From: Priapulus caudatus
Taxonomy: Eukaryota
Direction: 5' to 3'
Length of the DNA stretch: 64,000 nucleotides
Assembly (NCBI RefSeq): GCF_000485595.1
Contig: NW_014577070.1
Coordinates: forward strand, 854,526 to 918,525
The translations under genes and the position numbers were made by a program. Position 1 is the stretch's first letter. Every line of letters begins with the position of its first letter. Positions 61,682 to 64,000 of the stretch are shown in pieces. The notes under the pieces were generated by a model. That model did not search any database. It saw only the letters and a list, made by a program, of their open reading frames with translations, and was not told the DNA's origin.

Positions 61682-63965
61682 CCTATGGTAATCCCAGTTA
61701 TCACGATTTCCTTTGGAGCCTATTTTCTCTGTGTGGTGTTATTTATGGTTGATTGCAGTGGTCCTCCCATTGATGTGTGTGTAAATATACACTGCTCAGA
61801 GCATAAATGCTCTGTCTGTTTGCTGTGGTTTGGATTTATAACAGTGTAATTTCTACAGGATTAAACACGGTACTTTTCTATTCCGTTACTTCTCACGGTT
61901 ATTATTGATAATTATCGCAAATATTCTGGACCTATACTTTATCAGATTTGCATGTGCCTGTGCACCATTGATATCTGCAAAAAATATTGAATAATTCAAG
62001 TAGTCTTTATTAGATAAGTATTCAATAGTGTCAAACTACTATCATGCGTACTTTAAATGGCGCGCCAATACGATGATGTTAAGTCATTAGACATCACCCT
62101 GTCCATTTTGAAACACCCGTACACAATTGTTCAGGATTAATCTCTTCCCGGTTTGGGAATTTACGTATCAGATATAATAGAAGATAATATAAAGTTTCAA
62201 TAAAGTTTATTTAATACGTATATACAATACGTTGATTGGTATCTCTTGTTGTGTACATAATAGATGTTGAGGAGGATGTGCTTCTGGAAGAATCAGAAGA
62301 GGAGGAGGATGAAGAAGAAGTAGAACTCACACTCAAAGGTGACAATTGCTTGCAATTTTTATAACATATGCCTTGTCCTTTATCTGTGTAAGGTTTAATA
62401 TTTGAAATCAGACCAAAGAAGTTTTATAAACATTATTATTATTATCCTTATTGTTATAATAATAATAATAATCATCATCATCATCATTATTATTATTATA
62501 TTTAATATTATTGTTAATATTAATAATATATAGCATTCAGTGGAAATACCATGGGAGAATTCATGATAGTGCGTTAACTAGGTTAATTGGTTATCTTCAG
62601 TGAAACCAGAGGTGGTGCGTCCACTTAACGACAGCCATGTTACAGAATTCGACACACTGACCTTACTCTGTGAGGTATCTCAGGAAGATGTTAAGGTGGG
62701 TTATTTTCAAATTACGAATTCAATTCATTTTTAGCAGTATATTTTATTTTTGAAGCCTCGATTTTCCATCTTCAATAACGAATAATTAAATTGCAAATAT
62801 CTACCTTCATCATGTAGGTGGCATATGCAAAGTTCACTGTAATGACTGTATGTTTATTCAAAACAGGTGAAGTGGCTGAAGAATGGCAAACGTATCAAAC
62901 AGACGGACAGAATTCAGATGGTGTCTGAAGGAACTGTCCATAAATTTGTCCTGAAGGATGCTAGACCCTCTGATACAGCTGAATATACGTGTGTGGTAGG
63001 CAAGAAGACAACAACGTCGAATGTAGTTGTCGATGGTGAGTGGGGTATTATTCCATTTAGAAAGCAATTTTATCGTGACATTTAATAATGCTGATAAATA
63101 GAGTATTTTCGTCTGTGTATAGCTTACTAGTTTAGTCTCTAAGCATATTCTCATGATCTCTGTTAATTATTGCAGAGGCCGATGCTGAGTTTGTGGTCAA
63201 ACTAAAGCCAAAAACTACAACAGAGGATGAGGATGCTGCATTCACGTGCCAGGTATAAAAATAGGATTTTTTGCGTGACACTATATGCAACTTCGTATAT
63301 TAAAACGTGTGAATGGTATTTATTTGAATTTATTTTTTGTGATAGCCAATTACATGAATAAATTATTCCTCAATATTGTACATATTATATTGTACAGTAT
63401 TACACATTGGCATGTGACAAAACGGTTACTGTGTCATTAGACTAATCTATTTACGTCACTTTGCAGCTTACAAAACCAGTGAAACCTGAAGACATTGTCT
63501 GGATGAAAGACGGTAAGCCTCTGCCAGTGGACGAATCCCGCTATAGCATCACACAGGTGAAGAACACTTACATACTGAAAGTGAAAAAGACAACTCTAGA
63601 GGATGCTGGTACATATACAGTCATGATCAAGGGCAAGCCAAGCAGTGCTGACCTGACTGTCGATGGTAAGTTTGTAGAAACTTTTTGTAACCGTAAATAA
63701 TGCTATTGTCGACAAGAAAAATAGGGATCAAAATGTGGGCGTGATTACCACAGTGGAGTGATACCCCTTGGTTCTAGTGGTTTTCGTATGCAAACAAACT
63801 TTCACCATTCACCCCGTAGAAAAAGAAGCCGAGTTCACCGTACATCCAAAGGATCAGAAGGTCAAGGAAAAGCAGCCGGTCGTGTTTGAAGCGAGTGTAA
63901 CCAAGAACATCCCTGTCAAGTGGCTGAAGAACGGCCAACCGCTGCCAGAAGATGCCAGATACCAG
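736..63965 (+). CDS. TTN: Partial multi-exon gene for a titin/connectin-like giant muscle protein (PEVK-like region with interspersed Ig domains, followed by tandem Ig domains); extends beyond both window ends
   Basis: More than 45 clean AG..GT-bounded exons with compatible phases encode E/V/P/K-rich repeats and I-set Ig domains (GYP.P.ITW, D.G.Y.C motifs). PEVK followed by tandem Ig is the titin I-band layout. Orthology to TTN is inferred, not tested. Confidence 0.8.
980..1075 (+). CDS. 96-bp acidic PEVK exon ([32 protein letters not shown])
   Basis: tatag|AA...GAAG|gtaatc, open frame. Confidence 0.9.
1321..1608 (+). CDS. 288-bp PEVK exon with two poly-K blocks
   Basis: aacag|AA...AAAG|gtttgt, inside ORF 1263..1778. 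Confidence 0.9.
1802..1897 (+). CDS. 96-bp acidic PEVK exon
   Basis: ttcag|AA...GAAG|gtaatc. Confidence 0.9.
2146..2535 (+). CDS. 390-bp PEVK exon
   Basis: ttcag|AA...GAAG|gtagca, inside ORF 2130..2600. Confidence 0.9.
2954..2998 (+). CDS. 45-bp poly-Lys exon
   Basis: atcag|TT...GAAG|gtttgt. Confidence 0.85.
3193..3288 (+). CDS. 96-bp acidic PEVK exon
   Basis: tatag|AA...GAAG|gtaatc. Confidence 0.9.
3534..6641 (+). other. Indel-rich copies of array A exons (approx. 3534-3830, 4030-4121, 4389-4786, 5243-5655, 6123-6167, 6364-6460); probably unpolished long-read gap fill
   Basis: Dense 1-bp indels spread evenly over exons and introns; the tract ends at a single N (6641). Confidence 0.75.
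6642..6822 (+). CDS. 3' part of a 390-type PEVK exon after an assembly gap
   Basis: Open frame ETPEGIEE...EAVE, donor gtagca. Confidence 0.8.
7261..7647 (+). CDS. 387-bp PEVK exon
   Basis: ttcag|AA...GAAG|gtagca. Confidence 0.9.
7990..8018 (+). pseudogene. Dead copy of the 45-bp poly-Lys exon (donor deleted)
   Basis: Aligns to 9281-9332 but lacks 23 bp (ccaaagaaacctgaaggtttgtg) including the GT donor. Confidence 0.7.
8211..8306 (+). CDS. 96-bp acidic PEVK exon
   Basis: ttcag|AA...GAAG|gtaatt. Confidence 0.9.
8559..8941 (+). CDS. 390-type PEVK exon, 383 bp with frameshifts in its 5' half (sequence error or decaying exon)
   Basis: Splice sites intact; several small indels versus 9876-10265. 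Confidence 0.6.
9281..9325 (+). CDS. 45-bp poly-Lys exon
   Basis: gtcag|TC...GAAG|gtttgt. Confidence 0.85.
9525..9620 (+). CDS. 96-bp acidic PEVK exon
   Basis: ttcag|AA...GAAG|gtaatt. Confidence 0.9.
9876..10265 (+). CDS. 390-bp PEVK exon
   Basis: ttcag|AA...GAAG|gtagca. Confidence 0.9.
10727..10786 (+). CDS. 60-bp poly-Lys exon ([20 protein letters not shown])
   Basis: ttcag|TA...AGAG|gttagt. Confidence 0.75.
10986..12442 (+). CDS. Ig I-set cassette 1 (exons 10986-11005, 11194-11277, 12238-12442; 309 bp total)
   Basis: [46 protein letters not shown]...[26 protein letters not shown]; junction phases 1-0-0-1 are consistent. Confidence 0.9.
11790..12134 (-). mobile_element. Candidate solo LTR (345 bp) in intron
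   Basis: GC-richer island bounded by TGTAGCG...CGCTACA inverted termini, with AATAAA on the minus strand near 11900; no clear target-site duplication. Confidence 0.4.
12781..12885 (+). CDS. 105-bp PEVK exon
   Basis: attag|TG GAG CAA...GAG G|gtaatt. Confidence 0.85.
13274..13318 (+). CDS. 45-bp poly-Lys exon ([15 protein letters not shown])
   Basis: tacag|TA...GAAG|gtatgt. Confidence 0.85.
13441..13509 (+). CDS. Possible 69-bp divergent PEVK exon ([23 protein letters not shown])
   Basis: cacag|AA...CCAG|gtttag, open and symmetric but atypical composition. Confidence 0.5.
13675..13800 (+). CDS. 126-bp PEVK exon with internal 27-bp duplication (EVPEDILLE x2)
   Basis: cccag|AC...AGAG|gtaggg. 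Confidence 0.85.
14121..14165 (+). CDS. 45-bp poly-Lys exon ([15 protein letters not shown])
   Basis: tttag|TT...GAAG|gtaggt. Confidence 0.85.
14404..15249 (+). CDS. Ig I-set cassette 2 (exons 14404-14429, 14779-14856, 15045-15249; 309 bp total), paralog of cassette 1
   Basis: [46 protein letters not shown]...[30 protein letters not shown]. Confidence 0.9.
15498..15578 (+). CDS. 81-bp acidic exon
   Basis: tttag|TT GAA GAT...GAAG|gtttgg. Confidence 0.85.
16346..21060 (+). other. Indel-rich copies of array B units; probable unpolished long-read gap fill
   Basis: Starts at N 16346; insertion-dominated noise in both exon and intron copies. Confidence 0.8.
21384..21665 (+). CDS. 282-bp array B exon
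   Basis: tacag|TA...GAAG|gtagaa. Confidence 0.9.
22214..22495 (+). CDS. 282-bp array B exon
   Basis: tacag|AA...GAAG|gtacat. Confidence 0.9.
23041..23310 (+). CDS. 270-bp array B exon
   Basis: tacag|AA...GAAG|gtagat. Confidence 0.9.
23703..23855 (+). promoter_or_regulatory. Representative intronic RNA hairpin covering the 3' splice site (one copy upstream of each array B exon)
   Basis: Nested complementary arms gtaaata/tatttac, actcttt/aaagagt, ttcat/atgaa, ctgcca/tggcag, atgtctcat/atgagacat, ttgtca/tgacaa, tgcat/atgca; covariation in the 26310-26462 copy. Confidence 0.7.
23858..24139 (+). CDS. 282-bp array B exon
   Basis: tacag|AA...GAAG|gtacat. Confidence 0.9.
24681..24950 (+). CDS. 270-bp array B exon
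   Basis: tacag|AA...GAAG|gtagat. Confidence 0.9.
25629..25910 (+). CDS. 282-bp array B exon
   Basis: tacag|AA...GAAG|gtaaag. Confidence 0.9.
26465..26704 (+). CDS. 240-bp terminal array B exon
   Basis: ttcag|AA...GAAG|gtatat. Confidence 0.9.
27252..28744 (+). CDS. Ig domain plus N2A-like unique insert (exons 27252-27323, 27625-27728, 27867-28048, 28225-28393, 28579-28744; 693 bp)
   Basis: [11 protein letters not shown]...[18 protein letters not shown]...[14 protein letters not shown]...[30 protein letters not shown]...; junction phases 1-1-0-2-0-1 are consistent. Confidence 0.85.
28887..29198 (+). CDS. 312-bp PEVK exon
   Basis: attag|AT...GCAG|gtaaaa. Confidence 0.85.
29656..30522 (+). 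CDS. 867-bp PEVK exon with two diverged internal poly-K/acidic modules
   Basis: cacag|AA...GAAG|gtaaga; ORF 29658..30599. Confidence 0.9.
30532..30576. repeat. (TA)n microsatellite
   Basis: Direct observation; duplicate at ~37986-38018. Confidence 0.95.
31148..31408. repeat. Two-copy ~133-bp intronic tandem duplication
   Basis: taggatggaggaactaa... begins at both 31148 and 31281. Confidence 0.85.
31430..32489 (+). CDS. Array C exon (clean to ~31995, frameshifted afterwards)
   Basis: tacag|TC...ACAG|gtatgt; [24 protein letters not shown] repeats. Confidence 0.7.
31996..43160 (+). other. Indel-rich array C copies around N gap 37665-37689 (exon copies 33332-34211, 35053-36066, 36912-37664, 37690-37971, 38881-39899, 40741-41617, 42460-43480)
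   Basis: Scattered 1-bp indels relative to the clean copies at 44329 and 48889. Confidence 0.75.
44329..45555 (+). CDS. 1227-bp array C exon
   Basis: tacag|TC...ACAG|gtatgg, fully open. Confidence 0.9.
46638..47858 (+). CDS. D-type exon with 48-aa dimeric repeats, truncated by N gap 47859-47868
   Basis: tgcag|TT..., open frame up to the gap. Confidence 0.85.
47869..48051 (+). CDS. 3' end of an array C exon after the gap
   Basis: [13 protein letters not shown]...QEEGT, donor gtatgt. Confidence 0.75.
48889..49764 (+). CDS. 876-bp array C exon
   Basis: tacag|TC...ACAG|gtatgt, fully open. Confidence 0.9.
50605..51471 (+). CDS. 867-bp array C exon containing two locally inverted pieces (50836-50927)
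   Basis: Open if each piece is reverse-complemented in place. Confidence 0.7.
52554..54252 (+). CDS. D-type exon (1699 bp as assembled, one frameshift junction at ~53343)
   Basis: tgcag|TT...ACAG|gtttgt; ORFs 52661..53347 and 53163..54338. Confidence 0.8.
56451..56465 (+). CDS. Candidate 15-nt microexon (VSRYM), phase 1-1
   Basis: Long pyrimidine tract, ttttcag|TTAGCAGGTATATGG|gtaagt. Confidence 0.45.
56638..56700 (+). CDS. 63-bp PEVK exon
   Basis: atcag|AA...GAAG|gtaagt. Confidence 0.9.
57040..57372 (+). CDS. 333-bp PEVK exon
   Basis: tctag|AA...GAAG|gtttgt. Confidence 0.9.
57726..57842 (+). CDS. 117-bp PEVK exon
   Basis: cttag|AA...GAAG|gtgtgt. Confidence 0.85.
58142..58300 (+). CDS. 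159-bp K-rich PEVK exon
   Basis: cgtag|TT...GAAG|gttgtt. Confidence 0.85.
58613..58720 (+). CDS. 108-bp PEVK exon
   Basis: tctag|AA...ATGG|gtatgt. Confidence 0.85.
59210..59431 (+). CDS. 222-bp PEVK exon
   Basis: tttag|AA...GAAG|gtttgt. Confidence 0.85.
59510..59628. repeat. (GT)n/(GTGC)n microsatellite
   Basis: Direct observation. Confidence 0.95.
59862..59960 (+). CDS. 99-bp acidic exon
   Basis: tttag|AA...GAAG|gtatgt. Confidence 0.85.
60585..60701 (+). CDS. 117-bp exon ([39 protein letters not shown])
   Basis: cacag|CG...GAAG|gtatgt. Confidence 0.8.
60800..61030. repeat. (GT)n/(GTGC)n microsatellite
   Basis: Direct observation. Confidence 0.95.
62264..62338 (+). CDS. 75-bp acidic exon ending the PEVK-like region
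   Basis: aatag|AT...AAAG|gtgaca. Confidence 0.85.
62601..63035 (+). CDS. Tandem Ig domain 1 (exons 62601-62695, 62867-63035)
   Basis: [38 protein letters not shown]...[21 protein letters not shown]. Confidence 0.95.
63176..63665 (+). CDS. Tandem Ig domain 2 (exons 63176-63252, 63467-63665)
   Basis: [36 protein letters not shown]...[21 protein letters not shown]. Confidence 0.95.
63820..63965 (+). CDS. First exon of tandem Ig domain 3
   Basis: [49 protein letters not shown]|gtaagc. Confidence 0.95.
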
Positions 63966-64000
63966 GTAAGCAATTTTTAATATCTTTGCGACCTATGAAA

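Noticed and set aside
61495..62500. AT-rich palindromes (atatagaaaaatat/atatttttctatat; (AAT)n(CAT)n(TAT)n)
   Set aside because: Low-complexity sequence, single copy, no covariation evidence.

Overview
Animal (non-vertebrate-looking, AT-rich) genomic DNA lying entirely within one giant + strand, intron-rich gene for a titin/connectin-like muscle protein; no start or stop codon is in the window. It covers a very large E/V/P/K-rich (PEVK-like) elastic region built from tandemly duplicated cassette exons in three arrays: A (~0.7-10.3 kb), B (~16.3-26.7 kb) and C/D (~31.4-54.3 kb). Two paralogous Ig cassettes and an Ig plus N2A-like insert interrupt the PEVK region, and tandem distal-type Ig domains begin at 62.6 kb. 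Every clean PEVK cassette exon I delimited is symmetric phase 1-1. The most striking unexplained signal is intronic. Upstream of the array A long exons and the array B exons, a 150-190 nt imperfect hairpin base-pairs the exon's own polypyrimidine tract/3' splice site. Paralogous copies show compensatory and G-U-preserving substitutions, and in array B a TGCATG (RBFOX motif) sits at the hairpin apex. A two-state fold also overlaps some 5' splice sites. Several kb are indel-rich, gap-adjacent or duplicated and look like assembly artefacts, so true exon copy numbers are uncertain. All pairings and alignments were done by eye.
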